Positions 17,655 to 25,632 of a stretch of DNA of 32,411 nucleotides are shown in pieces. The DNA lies in the NCBI GenBank assembly GCA_021162855.1, contig JAGGXY010000083.1, forward strand, positions 1 to 32,411. Reading direction: 5' to 3'. Positions within the stretch are counted from its first letter, which is position 1; every line of letters begins with the position of its first letter. Below the pieces are notes generated by a model. The model ran no database searches, was not told where the DNA came from, and saw only the letters and a program-made list of their open reading frames with translations. This DNA is from Methanobacteriota archaeon. Its GTDB lineage: Archaea > Thermoplasmatota > B47-G6. A program made the position numbers and the translations under genes.

Positions 17655-18446
17655 TCAGACTACAAGGACGTTTTCAAGAAAGTTTTTAAGGTCATTCATG
17701 TGTCCAGTTATGATATATCCTCCTATAGATTCCACATATTTAACAAACTCTTCTCCTATAGGATTAAACACTATAGACATCCCAGCTCTCTCAAGCATAT
17801 CTTTAAAGAAATCATCTCTAGCTATTATCATTACTTCCTTTGGATCTACTTCGTAGGCAGTAATTATTGTGTTGAATATTTCATTTAACTTAGTCCTTCC
17901 ATAAAGACCTTGTTTCATGTACACGTGATCGTCAATGTTATACAATAGCCCTCCAAGAATATGATATGACCCCTTATTGTCACGAAGTATTCTCACGTAA
18001 TCATAAAAGTCCATGTTAAGCCCGAGTTCTGATGATATTCTTTTGATTATTATCTCGTGAGCCCCTCCTACTACTCCCACTTTACTTCCTATGGAATTCA
18101 ATAATCTAATAACTTCCTCAGCGCAGAGTATAAAAGGTATCTCCTTAAAGGCTTCTTCTATGATATCTAAAGGGTCTTTTCTGAGACGGTCTTTTAAGCT
18201 TATTATGTCCCTGTATATTGCCTCATATTCACTCTTAAATGATTTTTTCCTATAAACTCTCTCAAGAGAGATAGAATCCACATCAAAGTATTTCTTTAAC
18301 CAATACCATGGGTTTTCTAGTGTGAAAAATATCGAAACATCCAATATTACAATTTTGTATTCTCTTTTTCGTTCCCATAGAGGGTCTCCCAAAGTTTTCT
18401 TACGTACTTGATATGTTCTTGCATTTCTCTGGTACTCTATGTCCAT
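17655..18446 (-). CDS. HAD-superfamily-like protein with degenerate catalytic motifs
   Basis: It has a SerB/HAD-IB-like C-terminal signature (IIARDDFFKDMLERAGMSIVFNP) and a motif-I-like VILDVSIF. Several canonical Asp residues are replaced. ATG18446 follows GGTGAT. Confidence 0.45.
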   Translation of the reverse strand: MDIEYQRNARTYQVRKKTLGDPLWERKREYKIVILDVSIFFTLENPWYWLKKYFDVDSISLERVYRKKSFKSEYEAIYRDIISLKDRLRKDPLDIIEEAFKEIPFILCAEEVIRLLNSIGSKVGVVGGAHEIIIKRISSELGLNMDFYDYVRILRDNKGSYHILGGLLYNIDDHVYMKQGLYGRTKLNEIFNTIITAYEVDPKEVMIIARDDFFKDMLERAGMSIVFNPIGEEFVKYVESIGGYIITGHMNDLKNFLENVLVV

Positions 18447-18724
18447 ATTTTGTATCACCGAAGTTTATGCGCTCCTCGAAATACTATTTAAGATATGTAG
18501 TAATAAAATACTTTTATCGTAATTTTCACAGCCTAATAATCGAATAAGAATACCACGATCGTTTAAGAGATTTTGTAACACGCCAATATCTACTCTAGTG
18601 CATGTAACATTGTATTTTACCTCACGCTAAAAGTGTACATTATGTTAGAAATCTCTCATTAGGTATAAGGGCTATTATCTCTGTAGTGGACTTTAAATAA
18701 GTTTAAGTAAGTTTATATTTATGT

Positions 18725-19160
18725 GTGGATAAGTTCTATAAGCCTGGTGGGCAGTGAAGAGTTCCTGAGGGTGGGTAAAGTGTCTTCTTAACCTTAGTGA
18801 GGGTACGCGTGATAATCTACGCGAGAGTATCATCTTATAGGCAGAGGGATTGTGAGATCTCGAGAGGCTGTGAGCTAGGTAAGAGTCCGAGGATGAGGGG
18901 CCTTGTATTCTCCCGCTTACTGGAAATACTACCACATTCATGAGGTATAAGAGAAAGAAACGAAAGATGCGTAAGACTCCATTATGATCAGCCGCAACTT
19001 CCATAAAGTTCGTAAACGTCGTTGCGGCTGACCTTCCAGCCTCGAGTAAGAACCTTCATTGGCTGGCTTTCGGGAGTATGCGAGCCCCACATCCTCGGAG
19101 GCTTTAGCGATCCCCATTCGGGCTTGGGACCCCACATATCGGGGATCGTCACATTATAAT
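18725..19160 (-). ncRNA. Candidate structured ncRNA B (unknown family; paralog of 9372-9685, with larger 3' domain)
   Basis: This GC-rich island of about 430 nt contains only short ORFs with no plausible products. On the minus strand, TTTTTAAA (19180-19187) lies about 25 nt upstream. A perfect 10-bp hairpin pairs 18989-18998 with 19021-19030. A long-range helix pairs 18887-18900 with 19085-19098 at 13 of 14 positions. Another pairs 18859-18870 with 19037-19046. A 5-bp hairpin pairs 18806-18810 with 18819-18823. The 5' module is homologous to ncRNA A. Confidence 0.5.
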
Positions 19161-19243
19161 GAGATAAGCCCTAAGAGTGTTTAAAAATTGCAGGGAACAT
19201 TAAATACCAAACTTTACGCTTTTTACCATCTACAAAACAGCCC
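19026..19243. repeat. Copy 2 of the ~200-nt dispersed repeat (partner 9561-9765)
   Basis: See copy 1. The orientation is the same, and the two copies lie about 9.5 kb apart. Confidence 0.8.
19171..19243 (-). promoter_or_regulatory. Conserved TATA/BRE-like element plus 37-nt upstream block for ncRNA B
   Basis: CTAAGAGTGTTTAAAAATTGCAGGGA (19171-19196) and CCAAACTTTACGCTTTTTACCATCTACAAAACAGCCC (19207-19243) are near-identical to 9691-9716 and 9729-9765. Confidence 0.45.
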
Positions 19244-19444
19244 ACGAGAACCCGATGAAGATCATACGGACAGGAGCAATGCTCCGGATAACACATGGCA
19301 TGGAAGAAATCTCACTATGATAAATAAATCCTAGCTACAGTTAGCCCTTACCAACCATAGCTAGAAAGAGGAGCAACGTAAATATAATACTTGAGTAGTT
19401 GTTCTTCGTATTGAACACAGTAACAAGCAGTACAGGTGTAAGCT

Positions 19445-20770
19445 ATGGTATTAGACAATTTAAAGGAGACACTTAGGAAAAGTGTCAATAAAATTGTTAA
19501 CAGTATATTCATTGATAGGGAACTCATAAAAGAAACCGTTAAGGATATTCAAAGAGCTCTTCTTCTCGCAGATGTTGAAGTCTCCCTCGTAGTTGATCTC
19601 GGGCGAAAAATCGAAAAAAAGGCTCTAGAAGAGCGTCCCAAAGGTTTAGGAGAAAAAGAACATGTTATAAGGGTTTTATATGAAGAACTGAAATCTATAC
19701 TTGGAAAGAAGAAAGAACTACCAATCAAAAAGTATAGAATTATGCTTGTGGGATTATACGGTCAAGGGAAAACTACAACAGCAGCCAAGATAGCAAAATA
19801 TTTCAAGAAGAAAGGATTAAAGGTCGGTCTAATTCAGGCAGACGTCCATAGACCAGCTGCATATGATCAACTTAAACAACTTGCTGAAAAGATCAACGTT
19901 AAATTCTATGGAGATCCCTCTGAAAAAGATCCAGTAAATATCGTCAGAAAGGGCCTAGAAGTTCTGAAGGATGTAGACGTTCTCATAGTTGATACCTCTG
20001 GCAGACATGCCTTAGAAGAGGATCTTATTGAAGAGATGAAAAGGATAAAGTCTGTCTTATCTCCTGACGAGATATGGCTTGTCCTAGATGCCTCGATAGG
20101 ACAAAAGGCTGGTGAGCACTCCAAAGCATTTCACGATACTGTTGGAATCACAGGTGTTATTGTAACAAAGATGGATGGCTCGGCTAAAGGAGGCGGAGCG
20201 TTAACCGCTGTTGCTAAGACAGGAGCTCCAATAGTATTTATAGGAGTTGGTGAAAAGATTGATGATTTAGAACATTTTGATCCAGATTCTTTCATCTCGA
20301 GACTTCTTGGAATGGGAGACTTAAAAGCACTCATCGAGAAGGTTCAGGAAGTTGTGCCTGAAAAGAAAGCAGAAGAAATGACCAAGAGGTTCTTAAGTGG
20401 AAGGATTACAATGAACGACGTTTACGAGCAATTGGAGGCAGTTCTAAACATGGGTTCACTAAAGCGTGTTTTAGAACTATTACCCTTGGGATTTGGAGCT
20501 CCGCAGATAGATGAGAGTACATTAGAAATTACACAAGAGAAGCTCAGGAGATTTAAAGTCATAATTGATTCAATGACCAAAGAAGAAAGAGAGGATCCTT
20601 CTATAATAAAGGGCTCTAGGATTATAAGAATAGCACGTGGTTCAGGTAGCTCTGAGGAAGACGTAAAAGAGCTCCTAAAGTACTATGAACAGTTGAAAGT
20701 CCTGTACAAGTCCTTTGGAAGGAACCGCAAATTCAGAAGGGCCCTTATGAGGCAGCTAAGGCTTACATAA
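19445..20770 (+). CDS. srp54: Signal recognition particle protein SRP54
   Basis: The N domain is followed by G-domain motifs GLYGQGKTTTAAK, DTSGRH and TKMDGSAKGG, then a Met/Arg-rich M domain. AGGTG lies upstream of the ATG. Confidence 0.95.
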   Translation: MVLDNLKETLRKSVNKIVNSIFIDRELIKETVKDIQRALLLADVEVSLVVDLGRKIEKKALEERPKGLGEKEHVIRVLYEELKSILGKKKELPIKKYRIMLVGLYGQGKTTTAAKIAKYFKKKGLKVGLIQADVHRPAAYDQLKQLAEKINVKFYGDPSEKDPVNIVRKGLEVLKDVDVLIVDTSGRHALEEDLIEEMKRIKSVLSPDEIWLVLDASIGQKAGEHSKAFHDTVGITGVIVTKMDGSAKGGGALTAVAKTGAPIVFIGVGEKIDDLEHFDPDSFISRLLGMGDLKALIEKVQEVVPEKKAEEMTKRFLSGRITMNDVYEQLEAVLNMGSLKRVLELLPLGFGAPQIDESTLEITQEKLRRFKVIIDSMTKEEREDPSIIKGSRIIRIARGSGSSEEDVKELLKYYEQLKVLYKSFGRNRKFRRALMRQLRLT

Positions 20771-20785
20771 GAAGGTGTCCTAAAA

Positions 20786-21409
20786 GTGACATACCTAAGA
20801 GCATTTGTCATAATTCTCCATAAAGCAAGGACCGACTCAGATTTCAAACTTGAAGACCTTCCAGGTTCTGGTGGCCGTATGGATATATTATGTAGATTTC
20901 TTGTTGCCTCTCTTCTCACTAGCCATGGTATAAGAAGAGATACCATAGCTTATGCTGTCCTTCTTGGCCCTCCAAAGCCCCCAGTTGCCATAAAGGTCTT
21001 AGGAGATAAAGTAAAGTATTTAAATCCAGATGAGAGAAGTACGGGAGCTTTGATAAGGAATGCATTAATAAAAATGGAAAAATATAATTCTGAAGGCACT
21101 TCTTGGAAGAAAGCTTCTCCCGGAATATTTTTCAAAAAGGCAAATATAACAGACATCCTTGAAGAACTGAAAAGGGAGGGCTTCAATATATACTACCTAA
21201 AGGAGGATGGAAAAGACATAAGATCAACTGATATTACACTGCCTTCTGCCTTTGTATTAAGCGATCATGTGGATCTCACACAAGAAGAAGAGAAGGATGT
21301 CATGAAATATTCTCATGAAGTCTTATCTTTAGGTCCTATAAGTCTTTATAGTGAGCATTGTGTTGTGATCATTCACAATGAGCTCGATAGAAGATCCTAC
21401 TTTTCATGA
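20786..21409 (+). CDS. trmY: tRNA (pseudouridine54-N1)-methyltransferase TrmY (SPOUT, DUF358)
   Basis: The sequence AFVIILHKARTDSDFKLEDLPGSGGRMDILCRFLVASLL matches the TrmY N-terminal signature. The GTG start follows GAAGGTG. Confidence 0.85.
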   Translation: MTYLRAFVIILHKARTDSDFKLEDLPGSGGRMDILCRFLVASLLTSHGIRRDTIAYAVLLGPPKPPVAIKVLGDKVKYLNPDERSTGALIRNALIKMEKYNSEGTSWKKASPGIFFKKANITDILEELKREGFNIYYLKEDGKDIRSTDITLPSAFVLSDHVDLTQEEEKDVMKYSHEVLSLGPISLYSEHCVVIIHNELDRRSYFS

Positions 21410-21448
21410 AAGAATAATTTATTATTATTCGTGTAATATTTATTATGC

Positions 21449-21667
21449 ATGCAAAGAGAAGACGAAGAGTATAAGGAATCACTTATTGGCATCTCTGAAG
21501 AGATGGAGAAGTGGGAAGCTAGATTGAAAGTCATCAAAACACAAGAAAGGTATGTGAAATACCATTTATCTTATTATAAAAGATTATTGCGCAATCTCAA
21601 AAGGCTTTTCAGCTTTAAGGCATTCGTGAGATTCCTGAGGTTCATGTTCAGAGAAGTCAGGAGGTAA
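21449..21667 (+). CDS. Hypothetical small basic protein (72 aa) immediately upstream of leuS
   Basis: This ORF has an acidic N-terminal half and a very basic, aromatic C-terminal half. Its TAA stop overlaps the first leuS ATG (TAATG). I recognise no family. An AT-rich TATA-like sequence lies upstream. Confidence 0.3.
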   Translation: MQREDEEYKESLIGISEEMEKWEARLKVIKTQERYVKYHLSYYKRLLRNLKRLFSFKAFVRFLRFMFREVRR

Positions 21668-24501
21668 TGACTATGAATAACACGTCCAATGAGTATAACT
21701 TCGTAGAAGTAGAGAGAAAATGGCAAAAACGATGGGAAGAAGCCAGAGCCTTTGAGGCAGAGCCTATTGAAGGTAAAAAGAAATTCTTTATAATCTTCGC
21801 ATATCCTGGAATTTCAGGATATTTACATGTTGGTCACATGAGAGGATATACGTACGCAGACGTCATAGCAAGATATATGCGAATGAGAGGATATAATGTT
21901 TTATTCCCTGCAGGTTTTCATGCTTCGGGTCTTCCATCAGTAGGTTTCGCTAAAAAGATAGAAAGAGGCGATCCAGCAACTATAGCAATATTAAAAGAAA
22001 ACGGAGTTCCAGACGATGTAATAGAAAAGCTTAAGGACCCCTATGAGGTCGTGAACTTCTTTAGGGACATTTACATAGACGAGTGGAAGAAATTCGGGTT
22101 CTCAATAGATTTTAGATACACGCTCTGTAGTATTGATCCTGGATATCAGCGTTTTATACAATGGCAATTTAGGAAGCTTCACGAAAAAGGTCTCCTTGTG
22201 AAGAAACAGCACTATGCTCCATATTGTCCAAGATGTGGGCCAGTTGCTGTGGACCCCTCCGAGACTGATATATCTAAGGGGGGGAATGCTGAGATCTTAG
22301 ATTTCCTTATAATAAAGTTTAGAGATGCAGAAGATAAGTCCTTAGTATATCCAGCAGCGACCCTAAGACCGGAGACCATATTTGGCGTCACAAATATGTG
22401 GGTAAATCCTGATGTTGAGTACCTAGTCGTCAAGATAGATAATGAAAGATGGATACTAAGCGAAGAAGGCAAAAGAAAGCTTGAATTCCAGCTAGGAAGG
22501 GAACTTGAAATAGAGTGCAGAATAAAGGGTGAAAATCTTGTCGGAAGGAGGGTAATAGCACCCCTCATTAATAGAGCTGTTCCTGTATATCCTGCAAAAT
22601 TCGTGGACCCACTTGTCGGAACAGGCATAGTCATGTCCGTTCCAGGGCATGCTCCCTATGATTGGATTGCACTTAAGGACTTAGGAATGCCCGTAGAACC
22701 AATATCAATAATAAAAGTAGAGGGATTTAGCGAGCTTCCAGCAAAGGATGCCTGTGAAATGTTTAGGGTGAAATCGCAAGAGGACCGAGACGGTTTAGAG
22801 GAGGCCACAAAGGAAGTATACAAAAAGGAGTATCATAGAGGAGTTATGAAAGAGAACTGTGGAGAGTTTGCAGGAATGAAAGTCTCAGAAGCTAAAGAGC
22901 GTGTAAAAGAAAAGTTAATTAGCATAGGAGAAGCGATAAACTTCAAAGAGTTCTCTGAAGAAGTCATATGCAGATGTGGCTCTAGGGTATACATAAAACT
23001 TGTCCCAGATCAATGGTTTATAAAGTACAGCGATCCAGAGCTCAAGAAAAAAACCCTAGACCATATGAACAAGATGGTATTTTATCCAAAACATGCAGGG
23101 GATACTATAAAAGCAGCTGTAGAGTGGTATGACGATAGAGCTTGTGTGCGTAAGGGAAGATGGTTAGGTACGAAGTTTCCATTAGATGAAACTTGGATTA
23201 TAGAACCCATTTCTGATTCCACACTTTATCCCGCGTACTATATAGTATCCAAATATGTGAACTTGGGTCTCATAAAAGAGGAAGATCTAGACGACGAAGT
23301 CTTCGATTATGTCTTCTTAGGAAGAGGCTTGCCTAAAAAGGGCCTAGAAAGCGTCATCGAGTCAATGAGAAAAGAATTCCTTTACTGGTATCCTGTTGAC
23401 ATAAATCTTGGAGGAAAAGAACACATGACAGTACACTTCCCAGTGTATATAATGAACCACGTTGCAATACTTGCGAACGAACACTGGCCAAGAGGTATCT
23501 TCGTGAATTGGTGGGTTGTGCAGTCAAAAGTCTCCAAGGAGAAGCTTTCAAAGTCTAAAGGAGGCGCGGAACCGGCACCAAAAATAGGAGAAAGGTATGG
23601 CATAGATGCTATAAGGCTCTACTATTGTCATGAAGCATCACCACATGACGACATGGAATGGTCTTTCGATAAATTAGAGAACTATTCTAAGAGAATAAGA
23701 TACATCTGGAACTTATTCCATAGATTACTTGCATTAGATGGCTCAGACATAAAGTTCATAGATCACTGGCTTATATCTAAAATAAATAGCAGAATAAAGG
23801 CTGTATTGAGCTACTTAGACAAATTCGACATAAGAAGCGCAGCCTCTGAGATATTTTATGGGATCGTTGATGACATAGAGTACTACTTAAAGGAAGGTGG
23901 AAACAACAAGGAGACAGCAAGATATGTCCTTGAAAGATGGGTCAAGCTTATGGCACCGATAACACCACATATAGCTGAAGAATTCTGGTCACTGCTTGGA
24001 AAAGAGACATTTGTCTCTCTAGAGAACTATCCAGAACCAGAAGAAGAAAAGATATCAAAATACGTAGAGGTCGGAGAAGAAATTATTAAAAGACTCGTTG
24101 AGGACGTTAAGGAGATAATAAGGGTTACTGGAATAATTCCTAAGAAGGTTTACATTTATATAGCAGAAGACTGGAAGTACGATGCCTTTAGAGCCCTTTA
24201 CAGGGAGAATTTCAACGTTGGAAGTGTCATAAAAGAGTTCATTGCAAAAGGATATGATAAAAAACTTGTTCCAAAAGTCGTACAGGATCTTAGGAGGCTG
24301 GCATTTGACGTACCAGAAAGACTTATAGAAAGCATACTTGAAGGATTTAAGGAAGAAAAAGTACTAAAAGAGGAAATCGAAAGAATAGTACAGAAAATAG
24401 GTGCTGAGATTATCGTACTCTCAGAGAGAGATTCCAAGGAGGAGCACAAACAGAAAGCTACAAGAGCACTTCCTTTAAAGCCAGCAATAGTTCTGGAGTG
24501 A
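21667..24501 (+). CDS. leuS: Leucyl-tRNA synthetase (archaeal type)
   Basis: It carries the HIGH-type motif (YLHVGH), the KMSKS-type motif (KLSKSKG), a CP1 editing domain and an archaeal C-terminal domain. The second ATG at 21673 has better spacing from the AGGAGGT Shine-Dalgarno and may be the true start. Confidence 0.95.
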   Translation: MTMNNTSNEYNFVEVERKWQKRWEEARAFEAEPIEGKKKFFIIFAYPGISGYLHVGHMRGYTYADVIARYMRMRGYNVLFPAGFHASGLPSVGFAKKIERGDPATIAILKENGVPDDVIEKLKDPYEVVNFFRDIYIDEWKKFGFSIDFRYTLCSIDPGYQRFIQWQFRKLHEKGLLVKKQHYAPYCPRCGPVAVDPSETDISKGGNAEILDFLIIKFRDAEDKSLVYPAATLRPETIFGVTNMWVNPDVEYLVVKIDNERWILSEEGKRKLEFQLGRELEIECRIKGENLVGRRVIAPLINRAVPVYPAKFVDPLVGTGIVMSVPGHAPYDWIALKDLGMPVEPISIIKVEGFSELPAKDACEMFRVKSQEDRDGLEEATKEVYKKEYHRGVMKENCGEFAGMKVSEAKERVKEKLISIGEAINFKEFSEEVICRCGSRVYIKLVPDQWFIKYSDPELKKKTLDHMNKMVFYPKHAGDTIKAAVEWYDDRACVRKGRWLGTKFPLDETWIIEPISDSTLYPAYYIVSKYVNLGLIKEEDLDDEVFDYVFLGRGLPKKGLESVIESMRKEFLYWYPVDINLGGKEHMTVHFPVYIMNHVAILANEHWPRGIFVNWWVVQSKVSKEKLSKSKGGAEPAPKIGERYGIDAIRLYYCHEASPHDDMEWSFDKLENYSKRIRYIWNLFHRLLALDGSDIKFIDHWLISKINSRIKAVLSYLDKFDIRSAASEIFYGIVDDIEYYLKEGGNNKETARYVLERWVKLMAPITPHIAEEFWSLLGKETFVSLENYPEPEEEKISKYVEVGEEIIKRLVEDVKEIIRVTGIIPKKVYIYIAEDWKYDAFRALYRENFNVGSVIKEFIAKGYDKKLVPKVVQDLRRLAFDVPERLIESILEGFKEEKVLKEEIERIVQKIGAEIIVLSERDSKEEHKQKATRALPLKPAIVLE

Positions 24502-24606
24502 TTTTTCAGTTATTCCTTAGTTTGCTTATATTTATCTATTTCTTTCGCAAAATTTTTAGAATATGCATTCCATTCGAAACGCAGCGACCTTAATAATGTT
24601 CCTAAG

Positions 24607-25632
24607 TCAGTGGAGGTAGGGATACCTCCGGGACACCTTCATTTCTTGTATCCAGAGATTATGACACAAGCAACTCCTTGGTATGGAAAGTCTTTTAATG
24701 TCTTGTGTCAATGAGAACTCTATTAAGCTTCTGAGCCCTGCCTTTAGACACTTCTCACATCCTCGAAGACCTTCTTCCCTCATTTTTTTCATCGGATATG
24801 ACACTATAACTTTTTCAGGTCTCTCTATCTTAACTCTTTTCAGAAGGACTATAAGCGTAAATATCCAAGGAGGTTTATATAACCCCTTTTTATAGAGATC
24901 TTCAACGACCGTATAAGGTTGTATTATTGTTGGGTTTATGGATATTCTATCAGAAAAATTGGCAGCAAAAAGAGCTGAATTTATGCCAGTTTTCAGAGCA
25001 TAGAATTCTGAGACAAATGGAGGTTTAAGAAGTATATATGTCTTCAAGAGAAAACCCATTTCCTTAACTTTTATTGCAGCCTTCACATAATCCTCTATAG
25101 AGAACCCCTTATTAATTAAATTCCTTAATATTTGCTCGTTAGAGCTCTCAAGACCGATACTTATTTCCACATTTATTCCATATTTTTCAGATAACTTCTT
25201 TAAGGTTTTCAATGATTTATTGTTCACGAATTCTGGCCTGGATTCCACTGATATCACTTTAGCATCCGAAAATAATGAAAAAAGATCCTCATAGACATCA
25301 TATGATACCTCCCTAGGGTCTAGAAAGCTTCCTGAAGTGAATATCTTAACGTATGGCTCCCCCGAGTATTCTTCTTCAAAGTATTTAAGCTGTTCTCGAA
25401 TGTCTTCTGAACTAACAGGTGCCATATATGCATCCTTGATATATCCACACATCGTACATCCTCCACTGAGTGCCCAATAACACCCTCTAGTCCTCAGTAT
25501 TCCCACAAAAACCTCTACTATTTGTCCAGAAAGATGATCCTTTTCCTTCCAGTATGCCACAGGTTTCTTAGGGTCATGTCCTCTTGCTTTAAGTTTAGCT
25601 TTCTCTCTTAAAGCTCTTAAGACTTCATACAT
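24607..25632 (-). CDS. raSEA: Archaeosine biosynthesis radical SAM protein RaSEA (TIGR01210 family)
   Basis: It has the cysteine cluster RGCYWALSGGCTMCGY. Size is about 340 aa. Its start overlaps the stop of the upstream arcS gene by 8 nt. Confidence 0.75.
   Translation of the reverse strand: MYEVLRALREKAKLKARGHDPKKPVAYWKEKDHLSGQIVEVFVGILRTRGCYWALSGGCTMCGYIKDAYMAPVSSEDIREQLKYFEEEYSGEPYVKIFTSGSFLDPREVSYDVYEDLFSLFSDAKVISVESRPEFVNNKSLKTLKKLSEKYGINVEISIGLESSNEQILRNLINKGFSIEDYVKAAIKVKEMGFLLKTYILLKPPFVSEFYALKTGINSALFAANFSDRISINPTIIQPYTVVEDLYKKGLYKPPWIFTLIVLLKRVKIERPEKVIVSYPMKKMREEGLRGCEKCLKAGLRSLIEFSLTQDIKRLSIPRSCLCHNLWIQEMKVSRRYPYLH

Noticed and set aside
9766-19025. Genomic island or mobile element bounded by the direct repeats
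   Set aside because: The enclosed genes are core metabolism and translation (fbp, trm10, PPAT). There is no integrase, transposase or tRNA target site. By eye, composition is not different from the flanks.
18693-19135. Two ORFs (103 aa and 65 aa, minus strand) inside GC-rich island B
   Set aside because: The peptides are Arg/Ser/Leu/Pro-rich, as expected from reading GC-rich structured DNA. I found no Shine-Dalgarno site. The equivalent region of island A has no matching ORF although the nucleotide sequences are homologous. Substitutions between the copies preserve base pairing, not codons.
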